Source: Candidatus Multivorans sp. (lineage in GTDB: Bacteria; Acidobacteriota; Thermoanaerobaculia; Multivoradales; Multivoraceae). Taken from it: a DNA stretch of 64,000 nucleotides. The stretch spans positions 3,136,001 through 3,200,000 of the forward strand of contig OZ245033.1 of NCBI GenBank assembly GCA_965224025.1, written 5' to 3'. The translations under genes and the position numbers were made by a program. Numbering within the stretch: position 1 is the first letter of the stretch; the number at the start of each line of letters is the position of its first letter. Shown piece after piece: positions 17,315-29,266 of this stretch. The notes beneath the pieces were generated by a model. It worked only from the letters and a program-made list of their open reading frames with translations. It ran no database searches and was not told the origin of the DNA.

Positions 17315-19157
17315 CGGGGTCGGCTCCGCGTCCTGGAGATCGGGCCGCTTGGGGCGCCTGGGTGTCTACCTGGCGGCGGCGGGCGTGTGCTGCTGGTTGG
17401 CTGCTCCCGCGGCCGCACAGTCTTCCGGCGGCGGGTCGGCTACGTACCGGCTGACGTTCGAGGGCGCCTGGACCACCGCCGCCACGCCGGGGGGCGTGCA
17501 CCCCAACGCGCACTTCTCGCCTCTGATCGGCGCCGTCCACAACGACGAGGTGATGTTCTGGAGCCGCGGCGGCACAGCCAGCCGGGAGCTCGAACAAGTG
17601 GCGGAACTCGGAGTCAATACGAGGATGCGAGCGCTCCTGGAACGCAGCCGTCCGGATGTGCTGCACATGCTCGAGAAGGACCCGGGGAGAGGCGGCACAG
17701 CTCGGACGACGATCGAGTTCGAGCCCACCAGGGACCATCCCCTGGTCACCCTGGTCACGATGGTCGCGCCCAGCCCGGACTGGTTCGTGGGCCTCTCCGG
17801 GCTCTCGTTGCTCGACGGTCAGGGCGAGTGGTTGACCAGCCGCAGCGTGGATCTGTTTCCCTACGATGCCGGAACCGAAGACGGAACCGAGTTCTCCCTG
17901 GACAATCCGGCAACCGTGCCTTGGGGAACGATCACGAGTATCCGGGGAATGGGCAAGTTCACCGATGCGCGGATGGCGAGGCTGACGTTCGAGCTGCTGG
18001 AGTCCGATGAGCCCGACGACCCCGAACCCCGGTTCTCCGGCGACGTTGCGGTGGAGCCGATGGGCGACTCTGGCATCATCGTGTCCTGGAGCGGAGAGTG
18101 GGCCGAACCGGAAAGGGGGAGACTCGGCGTCGAGGCGCGCAGCCAGAAGACGGGCTGGACGCTGCTCGTGACCGCCGACGCCCCAGATGGGGTGGTGCGC
18201 ATCGACGGCCTCGACAGCGGAGCGCCGTACACGTTCCGGCTGCGAGTGGAGACGGATGGTGGGGGCTTGGAGTACTCGGAGCCGGTCAGCGCCACAACCG
18301 GCGCCTACGGTGGCACTTGCCGCGCCGGCGAGGGGTTCCTGTGTCTGCGGGAAGATCGCTTCGAGGTCCAGGTCCACTGGAAGAACAACAGCCGGGTCGG
18401 CGACTACGGGTTTGGTAGCAGCGTACCGGTAGCCGTCTCCGACGAGTCCGGACTGTTCTGGTTCTTCAATCCGGCCAACATCGAACTCGTGGTCAAGGTC
18501 CTCGACGGCCGGGCTTTGAACGGCAATCACTGGGTGTTCTTCGGCGCCCTGTCCGATGTCGAGTACTGGATCACGGTGCGGGACGTGGTTGGCGGCGTCA
18601 AGCGCACCTACCACAACGCGCAGGGTCGGATCTGCGGACAGAACGACACGAAGGCGTTCTCGGGGAGCGGCGCCGCGAGCGTCGCTGCGTCCGCTCGCCG
18701 CGATGGCGTCTCTGGTCGTGCCGGCCTCGATCTGCTTCGCGCCCAGCCGCTGCCCTTCGATCTGACCCGTGTGGCACAGCCCGTTCACGGCGACGGCCAC
18801 TGCGAACCGGGCCCGGAGCGGCTTTGCGTCCTGGACGACCGCTTCTCGATCGAGGTCCGTTTCGTCGATCCAAACATCTCGGACCCGGACGTGGAACCCG
18901 AGATGGCCGCGAAGGTCGCGTCGTCGCTGACGACCGCGGAGACGGGCTTCTTCTGGTTCTTCAACCCGTCGAACATCGAGCTGGCGGCGAAGGTGCTCGA
19001 CGGCCGGCCGCACAACACTCACTTCTGGCTGCTCTACGGAGGTGTCTCGGATGTCGAGTACACGCTCACGGTCACGGACACCGTCACGGGCGCTTCCCGG
19101 AGCTACCGCAACGTACAGGGGAGCATCTGCGGAGAGGTCGACACGGAGGCCTTCTAG
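17304..19157 (+). CDS. Secreted spondin-N + FN3-like protein with two C-terminal Cys modules
   Basis: HFSPLIGAVH, MVAPSPDWFVG, YDAGTEDG (spondin_N); two SGLFWFF/TGFFWFF..NIEL..KVLDG modules. Confidence 0.85.
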   Translation: MVADGVGSASWRSGRLGRLGVYLAAAGVCCWLAAPAAAQSSGGGSATYRLTFEGAWTTAATPGGVHPNAHFSPLIGAVHNDEVMFWSRGGTASRELEQVAELGVNTRMRALLERSRPDVLHMLEKDPGRGGTARTTIEFEPTRDHPLVTLVTMVAPSPDWFVGLSGLSLLDGQGEWLTSRSVDLFPYDAGTEDGTEFSLDNPATVPWGTITSIRGMGKFTDARMARLTFELLESDEPDDPEPRFSGDVAVEPMGDSGIIVSWSGEWAEPERGRLGVEARSQKTGWTLLVTADAPDGVVRIDGLDSGAPYTFRLRVETDGGGLEYSEPVSATTGAYGGTCRAGEGFLCLREDRFEVQVHWKNNSRVGDYGFGSSVPVAVSDESGLFWFFNPANIELVVKVLDGRALNGNHWVFFGALSDVEYWITVRDVVGGVKRTYHNAQGRICGQNDTKAFSGSGAASVAASARRDGVSGRAGLDLLRAQPLPFDLTRVAQPVHGDGHCEPGPERLCVLDDRFSIEVRFVDPNISDPDVEPEMAAKVASSLTTAETGFFWFFNPSNIELAAKVLDGRPHNTHFWLLYGGVSDVEYTLTVTDTVTGASRSYRNVQGSICGEVDTEAF

Positions 19158-19181
19158 CTGTAGGACAGCGGGAGCGTCTTC

Positions 19182-20345
19182 CTAGCCGCGGTCGACGATC
19201 CGCTGCAGATCCCTGCTGCGGTCGACAAGCGATTCGAGCAGCGCGAACTGCACCCGGCAGCGATCCAGGTTCTGGCCCGGCCGCTCGACGCGGAAGTAGA
19301 CATCGCCCTGCAGATGGTCGGTCAGGAACCGGACCGCCTGTTCGAGCGTCAGCACCAGGGCGCCGTCGACGAGGCTGCGACGTTCTCCGGCGGTCAGGAA
19401 ACGGGCGCCGTCGACGTAGCCGGAGACAAGAGCGCTGAATAGGTCCAGGTCGACCTCGACTCCTCCTGGATCGGGGGCATCCTCGTCGGCCCGGTGGGCC
19501 ATGGACCGCGCCATGTCGCCGAAATCGAAGGCGGCCAGACCGGGCATCGCGGTATCCAGGTCGACTACGCACAGCGCTTCGCCACTCTGTCGATCGAAGA
19601 GAACATTGCTGATCTTGCAGTCGTTGTGAACGGTGCGCTGGGGCAGGCCCCGGGCCGCGGCTTCGATCAACCGGCCGGCCAGACGTCGATGCGCGGCGGC
19701 GGCCTGGATTTCGGCCCGGGCCTTGCTGCGGCGAGTCACGGCGCCGGCGCCGGCCGGCTCGGCGCTTAGCACACGGTCCAGGGCATCGAAGCGGCTCACC
19801 GTGTCGTGGAAGCGGGGAATCGTCTCGAACAGGGGCGGCGGGGGCAGGTCGGCGAGCATGCCCTGAAAGCGTCCGAACGCCTGTGCGGCCCGAAAGACCT
19901 GATCGGTGGACGCCGCGCTCACCTCGGACGCCACGTCTTCGATCAGTTCGTACATCCGCCACCAGCCGCCGGCGCTGTTGCCGTGTTTTTTTGTACCGCT
20001 TCCTTCGGAAGCGCTGTGGATCTCAGCCCACGTCCGACCGCTGTGGGCTGGAATCAGGGTCAGCCGGCGTCGCCGGCTTCCCGGACCGAGCTTCTCGGCG
20101 AGATGCCGGGTGATCCGCTCCACGTTGTCCATCAGCCGGCGCGGCTCGGTGAAGACGTGTTCGTTGATCCGTTGCAGCAGTCCTCGCCGCCCGCTGTGGC
20201 TCGAGATGACGTAGGAGTCATTGATGTGGCCGCTTCGCAGCTCGTGGGCGGCGGTCGGTGCGCCGCCGAGCCGGAAGCGAGCGGCGACCTCAAGGACGGC
20301 CTCCGGTTCGAGGGTCGGTCGGTTCACCATCATGGTGGGGAACAT
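19182..20345 (-). CDS. APH-family phosphotransferase (N-acetylhexosamine-kinase-like)
   Basis: GHINDSY, LQRIN..VF, HNDCKISN, VVDLDT, RFLTDHL.GD.YF. Confidence 0.85.
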   Translation of the reverse strand: MFPTMMVNRPTLEPEAVLEVAARFRLGGAPTAAHELRSGHINDSYVISSHSGRRGLLQRINEHVFTEPRRLMDNVERITRHLAEKLGPGSRRRRLTLIPAHSGRTWAEIHSASEGSGTKKHGNSAGGWWRMYELIEDVASEVSAASTDQVFRAAQAFGRFQGMLADLPPPPLFETIPRFHDTVSRFDALDRVLSAEPAGAGAVTRRSKARAEIQAAAAHRRLAGRLIEAAARGLPQRTVHNDCKISNVLFDRQSGEALCVVDLDTAMPGLAAFDFGDMARSMAHRADEDAPDPGGVEVDLDLFSALVSGYVDGARFLTAGERRSLVDGALVLTLEQAVRFLTDHLQGDVYFRVERPGQNLDRCRVQFALLESLVDRSRDLQRIVDRG

Positions 20346-20358
20346 CCGGCCGCCAGGA

Positions 20359-20386
20359 TTGCATCGTGATATTTAGGTGATATCAT
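20359..20386 (+). promoter_or_regulatory. Sigma70-like promoter overlapped by GTGATAT direct repeats (probable operator for the Arc/RHH protein)
   Basis: TTGCAT-16 nt-TATCAT; GTGATAT at 20366 and 20377, an 11-bp period. Confidence 0.5.
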
Positions 20387-20449
20387 CTTCACATCGACAA
20401 CGGACCCACGGCCGTCCGAGGCCGTGTTGGAGGAAGGGAGTCATCATTC

Positions 20450-21337
20450 ATGGAAAACAAGATGGTAGAGCACCAGGAGAAACGTCTCTCGGTCATGTCG
20501 GGCCTGGGCATGCTGTGCCTGTTCCTCGCCAGTTTCGTGGGCCTGTTCTTCGTCATCTTCCTGTCGGGGCGCGCCGGTTTCGTGCCGGGTATCGTCGCCG
20601 GCGCCTTGGGGGTGCCGGTCGTCATCTTCCTCATGATCGGGTTGTTCATGGTTCAACCGAACGAGGCGAGGGTGCTGCAGTTGTTCGGCGCCTACCGGGG
20701 CAGCGTGTACAGCACCGGCCTGCGCTGGGCGAACCCGTTTCTGAGCAAGCGCCGCGTCTCCGTGCGCACCAGGAACTTCGAGACCGGAAAGCTCAAGGTC
20801 AACGACAACGCCGGCAACCCGATCGAGATCGGAGCGGTCGTGGTATGGCGGGTGGTGGACAGCGCCGAGGCGCTCTTCAATGTCGACGACTATGAAGACT
20901 ACGTTCAGGTGCAGAGCGAGGCGGCTCTGCGGAACATGGCCACCGGTTATCCGTACGACGCGCATGAGGAGGGGGAGATCTCCCTCTCGCACCACACGGC
21001 CGAGATCTCGGAGCGGCTCCGCGGCGAGGTGCAGGAGAGACTGGCCACCGCCGGGGTTCACGTGATCGAAGCGCGGATCAGTCATCTCGCTTACGCGGCG
21101 GAGATTGCGGCGGCCATGCTGCAGCGCCAGCAGGCGGCGGCGGTGGTTGCGGCGCGAGCCCAGATCGTCGACGGCGCCGTCGGCATGGTGGAGCAGGCGT
21201 TGCACATGCTGAGCGAGAAGAACGTCGTTCATCTCGATGACGAGCGCAAGGCGGCGATGGTCAGCAACCTGCTCGCCGTTCTGTGCAGCGATCGGCACAC
21301 CCAGCCGGTCGTGAACACCGGCACGCTCTATCCGTAG
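20450..21337 (+). CDS. SPFH/band-7 domain membrane protein
   Basis: Two TM helices, [33 protein letters not shown]-terminal VNTGTLY. Confidence 0.92.
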   Translation: MENKMVEHQEKRLSVMSGLGMLCLFLASFVGLFFVIFLSGRAGFVPGIVAGALGVPVVIFLMIGLFMVQPNEARVLQLFGAYRGSVYSTGLRWANPFLSKRRVSVRTRNFETGKLKVNDNAGNPIEIGAVVVWRVVDSAEALFNVDDYEDYVQVQSEAALRNMATGYPYDAHEEGEISLSHHTAEISERLRGEVQERLATAGVHVIEARISHLAYAAEIAAAMLQRQQAAAVVAARAQIVDGAVGMVEQALHMLSEKNVVHLDDERKAAMVSNLLAVLCSDRHTQPVVNTGTLYP

Positions 21338-21349
21338 ACAGGGGGATGA

Positions 21350-21616
21350 TTGACCAGGCTGAGCAAGAAGTCGGTGGCCGCTCCGCGCAAGGCGTTCCTG
21401 CTGCGGCTCGACGTACACGTCTTCGAGGAGATCCGGCGCCTCGCGGCGTCGGAACTACGGAGCGTGAATGGGCAGATCGAGTACATGATCCGTCAGGCCC
21501 TACGGGATCGAGGAAGAACGAGCGACCGGGGAAGAACTGCAGGCGCTTCTGATGTTGGGGAAGATGAACGCACAGCCCCTGAGCGAGAGGGGGGCGAAAC
21601 ACCACGGGGTGGCTGA
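21350..21616 (+). CDS. Arc-like ribbon-helix-helix DNA-binding protein
   Basis: RKAFLLRLD...A..ELRSVNGQIEY; the usual partner of this SPFH subfamily. Confidence 0.8.
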   Translation: MTRLSKKSVAAPRKAFLLRLDVHVFEEIRRLAASELRSVNGQIEYMIRQALRDRGRTSDRGRTAGASDVGEDERTAPEREGGETPRGG

Positions 21617-21770
21617 TCGTCTTCATACTGGTACACTTGCGCGTCGTCGGTCGTCCAACGATCCGCAACACGCTGAGATGCTCCTCCAGCGGGTAGGGTG
21701 ATTTGTAGGCAAAGGCTCGCCGAGACAAGACACGCTACCGCGGCCGAATCGAACCTCCGGAGAACGAAGC

Positions 21771-23495
<1,725 letters not shown>

Positions 23496-23518
23496 CTTCT
23501 CCGGGCAACGATTCGACA

Positions 23519-24217
23519 GTGCGGGTACGCACCGGCACCAGCGGGTTCTCCTACCCGGCATGGACGGGACCCTTCTATCCGCCTGGAACCAAGCGGCCGG
23601 ACATGCTGAGCCTCTATGCCGCCAGGCTCGGTGCGGTGGAGATCAACAACACGTTCTACCGGATGCCGAAGCCGGACCTGCTCGAGCGCTGGCGCGACGC
23701 GGTGCCCGACGGCTTTCGTTTCGCGCTGAAGGCGTCTCGCCGAATCACGCATCACCAGCGCCTTCGGGACGCCGGCGACTCGGTCGACTACCTGTTTCGC
23801 ACCGCCAGCGTGATGGGCGAGCGCCTTGGACCGATCCTGTTCCAGTTGCCGCCCTACCTAAGGCGTGATGTCGACCGGCTGGCGAGGTTTCTCGAGATCC
23901 TGCCCGACGGCCTGCGCGGCGCCTTCGAATTCCGCCATGCCAGTTGGTTCGGCGACGACGTGTTCGCGCTGCTGGAGAACGCCGGCGCGTCGCTGTGCAT
24001 CGCGGACAGCGGGAGCGACCACGGCGCGCCGCTTGTCGCGACCGCGGACTTCGGCTATCTGCGGCTCCGCCGCGAGGCCTACGACGAGTCTGCTCTTCGC
24101 GCCTGGGCCGAGAGGATCCGGCTGCAACCCTGGCGCGAGGCGTACGTCTTCTTCAAGCACGAAGACGAGGGCGCCGGGCCGCGCATGGCCGGCGAGTTCG
24201 AAGCCCTGTTCGACTGA
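23519..24217 (+). CDS. DUF72 family protein
   Basis: GTSGFSY..W...FYP, VEINNTFYR, FQLPP, EFRH.SW, FFKHE. Confidence 0.92.
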   Translation: MRVRTGTSGFSYPAWTGPFYPPGTKRPDMLSLYAARLGAVEINNTFYRMPKPDLLERWRDAVPDGFRFALKASRRITHHQRLRDAGDSVDYLFRTASVMGERLGPILFQLPPYLRRDVDRLARFLEILPDGLRGAFEFRHASWFGDDVFALLENAGASLCIADSGSDHGAPLVATADFGYLRLRREAYDESALRAWAERIRLQPWREAYVFFKHEDEGAGPRMAGEFEALFD

Positions 24218-24226
24218 CCGTCCGTC

Positions 24227-25642
24227 ATGACGATCGATATCTCGTACCGCCGCATCCTCGCGCTCACGGCGCCCGTTGTGGTAACCCAGGTGACGCACAC
24301 CGCGATGGGTGTGATCGACACCATGATGGTGGGCCGGGTGGGAGTCGTGGCGCTTGCGGGCGTCGGTCTCGGGGCGATCATCTCCTGGTGGTGCCTGAGC
24401 TTCTTCGTCGGCCTGCTGCAGGGCGTGAACACCTTCGTCGCGCAGTTCTTCGGCGCCGGACGGCGGGACCGCGTTGGCGTCGCGTTCTGGCAGGGCCTCT
24501 ACTTGGCCGCGGGCTCAGGGCTGGCGCTGCTGCTGCTTTCGCCCCTCTCGACCTGGGTGTTCAGTCTGACCAAGGCCTCGCCGGAAGCGCAGGCGATTGC
24601 CGCCGAGTACACCGAAGTCCGGATGGCCGCCGCAATCGGGCTGATGATCTTCCTGGTGGCGGAGAACTACTACCGCGGGCTCGGGCGCACCGACATCCCG
24701 ATGTGGGCGGGCATGATCCAGTTGGGTCTGAACTGCGGGCTCAACTACCTGTTCATCTTCGGCGTCCACGGATTCCCGGAGCTGGGCCCCGCCGGGGCCG
24801 CGGTGGGGACCGTCATCGCGCAGTTCGTTGTTGCGGTGGCGCTTCTGGGCGGCGTGCTGCTGACACGCATGGGCAAGGACTACGATGCCTCGACCCTCCG
24901 GCCGCCCGAGTCCGCCCTGATGGCGAGGATGCTCCGCGTCAGCGTGCCGATCGGCATTCAGGTGTTCATGGAACTCGGCGGCATCAGCGTCTTCACGGCC
25001 CTCGTCGCCCGCCTTGGCGACGCGGAGATGGCCGCCACCAACGCCGTCATTCAGGCGTGGTCTGTCTCCTACATGATTGCGATTGCGCTCGCGGCAGGCG
25101 CCACGACACTGGTCGGCCAGTGTCTCGGCGCGCAGCAGCTTCGCGACGCTCGTCTGGTGGTGGGGAGAGTGCTTCGAATCGGCTATGTGGCGATGGCGGC
25201 GACGGCGGTCGTCTATGTCGGCTTTCCCGACCGCTTGATGTCCCTGTTCGTGCGCCAGGCCGAACTGGTCGAGGTGCTGCCGTACGCCCGGCCGCTGTTC
25301 TTGATCGCCGTCGTCTGCCTGGTCTTCGACCTGCAGTTCAACGTGCTGGCGGGGGCGCTGCGGGGTGCCGGCGACACGACCTACAGCATGCTGGTGAACA
25401 TCGGCGTCGCCTGGCTGGTCTTCGTTCCCCTGCTCTTCGTCGCGACCCGTTCGTGGGGTCTGATCGGCGCCTGGAGCTGCTTCATCATCCACGTGATGCT
25501 GATGGCGGGTCTGCTGGCCCTGCGGGTTCGCGGACGTACCTGGATCGAGCGCGGCGCCGCGCTGCTCGAAGCGGAGCGCGCGGGTCGTGCTGCCGGCGTT
25601 TCGATCGAGATCGATGACATGCGGTCCTCGCCGGTGCTCTGA
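24227..25642 (+). CDS. MATE-family efflux transporter
   Basis: DTMMVGRVG, about 12 TM helices, GQCLGA, GALRGAGDT. Confidence 0.92.
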   Translation: MTIDISYRRILALTAPVVVTQVTHTAMGVIDTMMVGRVGVVALAGVGLGAIISWWCLSFFVGLLQGVNTFVAQFFGAGRRDRVGVAFWQGLYLAAGSGLALLLLSPLSTWVFSLTKASPEAQAIAAEYTEVRMAAAIGLMIFLVAENYYRGLGRTDIPMWAGMIQLGLNCGLNYLFIFGVHGFPELGPAGAAVGTVIAQFVVAVALLGGVLLTRMGKDYDASTLRPPESALMARMLRVSVPIGIQVFMELGGISVFTALVARLGDAEMAATNAVIQAWSVSYMIAIALAAGATTLVGQCLGAQQLRDARLVVGRVLRIGYVAMAATAVVYVGFPDRLMSLFVRQAELVEVLPYARPLFLIAVVCLVFDLQFNVLAGALRGAGDTTYSMLVNIGVAWLVFVPLLFVATRSWGLIGAWSCFIIHVMLMAGLLALRVRGRTWIERGAALLEAERAGRAAGVSIEIDDMRSSPVL

Positions 25643-25687
25643 GTCGCGTGGTCTCCGGGTTGCGCGGTCACCGGCACCTGAGGCCGG

Positions 25688-28600
25688 CTACGGTGCGGCC
25701 CTTGCGTCCTCGCAACTTTCCGCAAACGCCTTCTCGTCGGTGATCGCGGGTGCCGGAAGTCCCGGCTCGTTCCGGTACTCCTTCACCGTCCCCGTCACCG
25801 TATCGGTCACCCGGATCGAGTATCCGAGGTCCGTCGTCGAGGCGCCGTAGACCCATTCGTGTCCGTTGAGTGCGCAACCGTCCAGCACCTTGACCAGAAT
25901 CTCCCAGTTCTCCCGGTTGAAGAACGTGAACAGGCCCGAATCGTTGGTGCCCTCATGGACCACGCTCCCCGGGCCGCTCTCGCCGTCTGACTTCCGCCAG
26001 TCCACAACCACCGCGTAACGCGAATCCTGCAGGCACCGCCTCTGGGCGCTCGACTCGCACGTCCCCGCGGGAGAACTCGACTCGACCAGGAATACCCGCG
26101 ATGACGTCGATTCACGCGTGCCGTCACTTACCCACAGCGTCACCTCGTAGAAACCCGGCTCAGACCAACTGTGGGCCAAGCTCCGCAGACGCGACTCGGT
26201 ACCCTCGCCGAAATCCCATCGGCGTGACGTCGCGGGGCCGGTGCTCGCGTCGGCGAGCGCCACCGGCTCACCGGTAAGGGCCCGGCAGAGTTCCCGGTCG
26301 CACTCCACGCCACTGACTTCGATGACGGCCATTGGGGACGTGTCGTCGTCCTCGATCGATACGGTCGCCGCGCCGCCGCCGCTCACTCCCGGAGGCAGAC
26401 CGCCGAAACCAAGGACCACCGATTCGCCGAAGTCCTCTTCGCTGTCGTCCGTGGCAGCAAACTCGAACGTTCGCGACGTCACGCCGCGGCTGAACGTCAC
26501 CTGCTCAGGCACGCCCGAATAGTCCGCTTCCGACGCTCCGCCGCGGTGGGTCCGAACCAGCGGAATCGACACCTCCCGCTCCGCGTCCGCGCTCAGAACC
26601 ACTGTCACATGAACCGTCTCGCCCTCCGGCACCTCGTAGGTCGACGATCCGAACGACACCACGACCTCCGGATCGTCGTCGTCCTGAATCGTCCCCACGA
26701 CCTCAAGCGTCGATCCGTCGCCGGTCAGGGTCGCGTTGATCGGATTGCGAAGCGTCAACGTGAAGGTCTCCATCTGCGCCTCGTCCTCTTCGTCGTCCGT
26801 GATCGGGACACGAATCTGCCGGGCTGTCGAACTGACGGGGAAACGGAGCGTGCCGCTGGTCGTTGTGTAGTCCGAACCCGCGCTCGCTCCCGTGGCGCCG
26901 GCGCCGTCCGCAGTGGCGTAGTCGACCGTCACCGTGGAGCCTGTCGCCGCACTCAGGTTGACGTCGAACATCACCGCCCCAGCGCTTTCCAGGGCCTGCG
27001 ACGGTGCGACCGATAGCGCTGGCGGTGGCGGTGGTGGCGGCGGTGGCGGCGGCGGCGGCGGTGGCGGCGGCGGCGGTGGCGGCGGTGGGTCGGTGCGGCC
27101 AGGCGTATCGGACGCCGGGGAAGACCATCCGCTGCCTCCGACGGCATTGATCGCGCGTACCTGAACTTCGTACGGCTCGCCGTTCGTGAGCCCGGTGATC
27201 GTGTGCATCGCGCTGGTGTCGGCACTGACGATCGACCAACTGGAAGCCCGGCCGCCTGGTCGGTAACGGACCCTGTACTCCGTGATCGAGGAGCCATTGT
27301 CGTTCGGTGCCGTCCATCGAACTGTGAGCTTGCCGTCGCCCGATTCGAGCGTGGGCGAAGAGAGCGTGGAGGGGGGAGCGTTTTCCATGAAGAGGAAGAT
27401 GGCGCTGACCGCGCCCCAGTTGTTGTCCGAGTCCTTCGCGCGCACAAAGACGGTATGGCGCCCCGCGCTCAGGCCGGTCGTGTCGATCGTGGCCGTCGCG
27501 CTCTCCGAACTGCCGTCGAATGCGCCGTCGGCGGCGGACATCGAATTGGCAACGGCTCCGGTGGCCCAGGGCGGTACGTCGACGTAGTACTCGCCCGCTG
27601 CGAGGGTCTGCGTCGGTTCGGCGCCGTTGCTGTTTTCGTAGCGCGTGTCGTCGAAGGTCGCGGAGAGGGTGACCGCCGTGCCGGCGGCGACGCCGGTCGT
27701 CGATGCGCCAGCGCTCAAACTCAGGTTGCGAGCGTCCGGTCCGGCCGGAGTCAAGTACGGCGCCCTCACCACCTTGAAGGCGTAGAGGAGCGACGCGATG
27801 TTGCTGTCCAGGATCGAGTCCTTGAAGTAGCTGCAATCCTGGAAGAACCTCGTACCGAGTTCGTACGTGAAGGAGGCGCGTCCGAGAACGCCGTAGCCAT
27901 AGTCCTCGGTCGTGCCGCTCGTCGGATACAGCCCGTAGCCTCGCAGCGGCCTGTGTCCATTGAAGAACGCGAGCTTGCGGCCGAGAGTCTGGAGCGCCGT
28001 GCCATTGGGCGCGCTCTCGTCCACGTGGGCCCAGGGCCACAGGATGAGTCGGCCGGAGCTGTGGACGTCAAGGAACACTCCGCTGGTGTCGGAGGGCGTC
28101 GCGTCGTCGTCATCCGGTCCGCGGGCGTCGGGGAACAGGGTCGCCATGTAGGTCTGAATCGCCTGGGTTTCCGGTTCGGAGGCGGCCGACGGCCCCAGGT
28201 AGGTGAAGTCACACTCGTTGGTGCTGGCGCCCGCCTCTCCCCACTCGAAGTCGAAGTTCCGGTTCAGGTCGATTCCCGGCCAGCTGTAGGGGCAGTGGTT
28301 CGTGTTGTGGTTCTTGCGCCAGAGCAAACCCTCCTCAGCGCGTTTCCTGCCGTCCGGATTCGCCTGCAGCATGATGTGGATCTCCTGGTGGTCCAGGAGC
28401 CACCTCACATCGGCGTCCGTCTCGTAGGAATCGACAAGGTACTCGGCAAAGCGCAGGGCGAGTTCGACAGTCGTGTACTCGCGCGCGTGGACCGCCGTGG
28501 TGATGAACAAGGCGGGCTTGGTTCCCAAGGTCGCCGAGTTGGTCAGGCGCAGCACGTTCAGGTCGTAGCCGTCGGACGGGTTCTGTACCTTCTTCCAGGA

Positions 28601-29026
28601 CTTGCCGACGGTGGTCCAGGTGGCGAGCGCTGGATGCTGGCTAGCGATCGTCCCGGCGCCCGCGTAGGTCTCCTCGACGGTGCGGTAGCAGGGGAAGCCC
28701 GCGATGGTCCCCTGTACGACCTTGGTCGGGAGTTCGGAGGGGAGGGCCACGAGAACGTAGTCGTCGTCCTCGACGACCCGCATTCCGGCCTGCCGCGCCG
28801 CCTCGATGTCTTCGTCTGTCGCGAGCAGAACGATGTAGCCCTTCTCGTATTCAGACTCCAGCGCTTCGAGCGAGATGACCGCCCTGGCGGCGAGCAGCGG
28901 ATCGTCGAAGTAGGCGCGCACGACCCGTGTGCCGGCGGGCCGGTCGGCCTGCTGGGCCCAGGCGGTGCTGGCGGCCGCCAAAGCCGCCGAGAGGGCGAAG
29001 ACCTTGGCGCGGCGCCGCATGGCCAT
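25688..29026 (-). CDS. Secreted M14 zinc carboxypeptidase + FN3 + poly-Pro + Calx-beta + PKD + C-terminal Cys module
   Basis: Signal peptide after MAMRRR; HARE, WRKN, DLNRN, DVHS, FTYELG; FN3 (WTAP...YEVQVRA.N); Calx-beta (TVTVDYAT...DY); PKD (WDFGEG). Confidence 0.88.
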   Translation of the reverse strand: MAMRRRAKVFALSAALAAASTAWAQQADRPAGTRVVRAYFDDPLLAARAVISLEALESEYEKGYIVLLATDEDIEAARQAGMRVVEDDDYVLVALPSELPTKVVQGTIAGFPCYRTVEETYAGAGTIASQHPALATWTTVGKSWKKVQNPSDGYDLNVLRLTNSATLGTKPALFITTAVHAREYTTVELALRFAEYLVDSYETDADVRWLLDHQEIHIMLQANPDGRKRAEEGLLWRKNHNTNHCPYSWPGIDLNRNFDFEWGEAGASTNECDFTYLGPSAASEPETQAIQTYMATLFPDARGPDDDDATPSDTSGVFLDVHSSGRLILWPWAHVDESAPNGTALQTLGRKLAFFNGHRPLRGYGLYPTSGTTEDYGYGVLGRASFTYELGTRFFQDCSYFKDSILDSNIASLLYAFKVVRAPYLTPAGPDARNLSLSAGASTTGVAAGTAVTLSATFDDTRYENSNGAEPTQTLAAGEYYVDVPPWATGAVANSMSAADGAFDGSSESATATIDTTGLSAGRHTVFVRAKDSDNNWGAVSAIFLFMENAPPSTLSSPTLESGDGKLTVRWTAPNDNGSSITEYRVRYRPGGRASSWSIVSADTSAMHTITGLTNGEPYEVQVRAINAVGGSGWSSPASDTPGRTDPPPPPPPPPPPPPPPPPPPPPPPALSVAPSQALESAGAVMFDVNLSAATGSTVTVDYATADGAGATGASAGSDYTTTSGTLRFPVSSTARQIRVPITDDEEDEAQMETFTLTLRNPINATLTGDGSTLEVVGTIQDDDDPEVVVSFGSSTYEVPEGETVHVTVVLSADAEREVSIPLVRTHRGGASEADYSGVPEQVTFSRGVTSRTFEFAATDDSEEDFGESVVLGFGGLPPGVSGGGAATVSIEDDDTSPMAVIEVSGVECDRELCRALTGEPVALADASTGPATSRRWDFGEGTESRLRSLAHSWSEPGFYEVTLWVSDGTRESTSSRVFLVESSSPAGTCESSAQRRCLQDSRYAVVVDWRKSDGESGPGSVVHEGTNDSGLFTFFNRENWEILVKVLDGCALNGHEWVYGASTTDLGYSIRVTDTVTGTVKEYRNEPGLPAPAITDEKAFAESCEDARAAP
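27020..27088 (-). repeat. CCG/CCA trinucleotide tract encoding a Pro23 linker
   Basis: Counted 23 consecutive Pro codons. Confidence 0.9.
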
Positions 29027-29028
29027 CC

Positions 29029-29266
29029 TCAGGGCCGGTAGGGCGGAGCGGTCGGACCGAGCTGACTCCGGATCACGCGCTGGGCATTGGCGGCGAACTC
29101 GCAGATCGCGGCTCGGGTTTCGCGCGGATCGATGCTGTCCTGGCCAGTGGCCTCGGCGGTGCGGAACGGCGAGACGAGGCGTGCGCTCGATGCCCTCGGG
29201 GCCGCCCATCTTGCGGCGCAGGTCGCGGCGCCGTTCGAGTTCGTCGATCTCCGGTTTCCAAGTCAT
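29029..29266 (-). pseudogene. Acyl-CoA carboxylase beta-subunit remnant; both termini kept, middle deleted
   Basis: MTWKPEIDELERRRDLRRKMGGPEGIER joined out of frame to RLVSPFRTAEATGQDSIDPRETRAAICEFAANAQRVIRSQLGPTAPPYRP*. Confidence 0.8.

Noticed and set aside
26934-27164. Poly-Gly small ORF on the + strand
   Set aside because: It is the antisense of the poly-Pro linker.
29027-29266. ORF-track start of the 1192-aa peptidase at 29266
   Set aside because: The extension is a carboxyltransferase relic; the signal peptide begins at 29026/29020.
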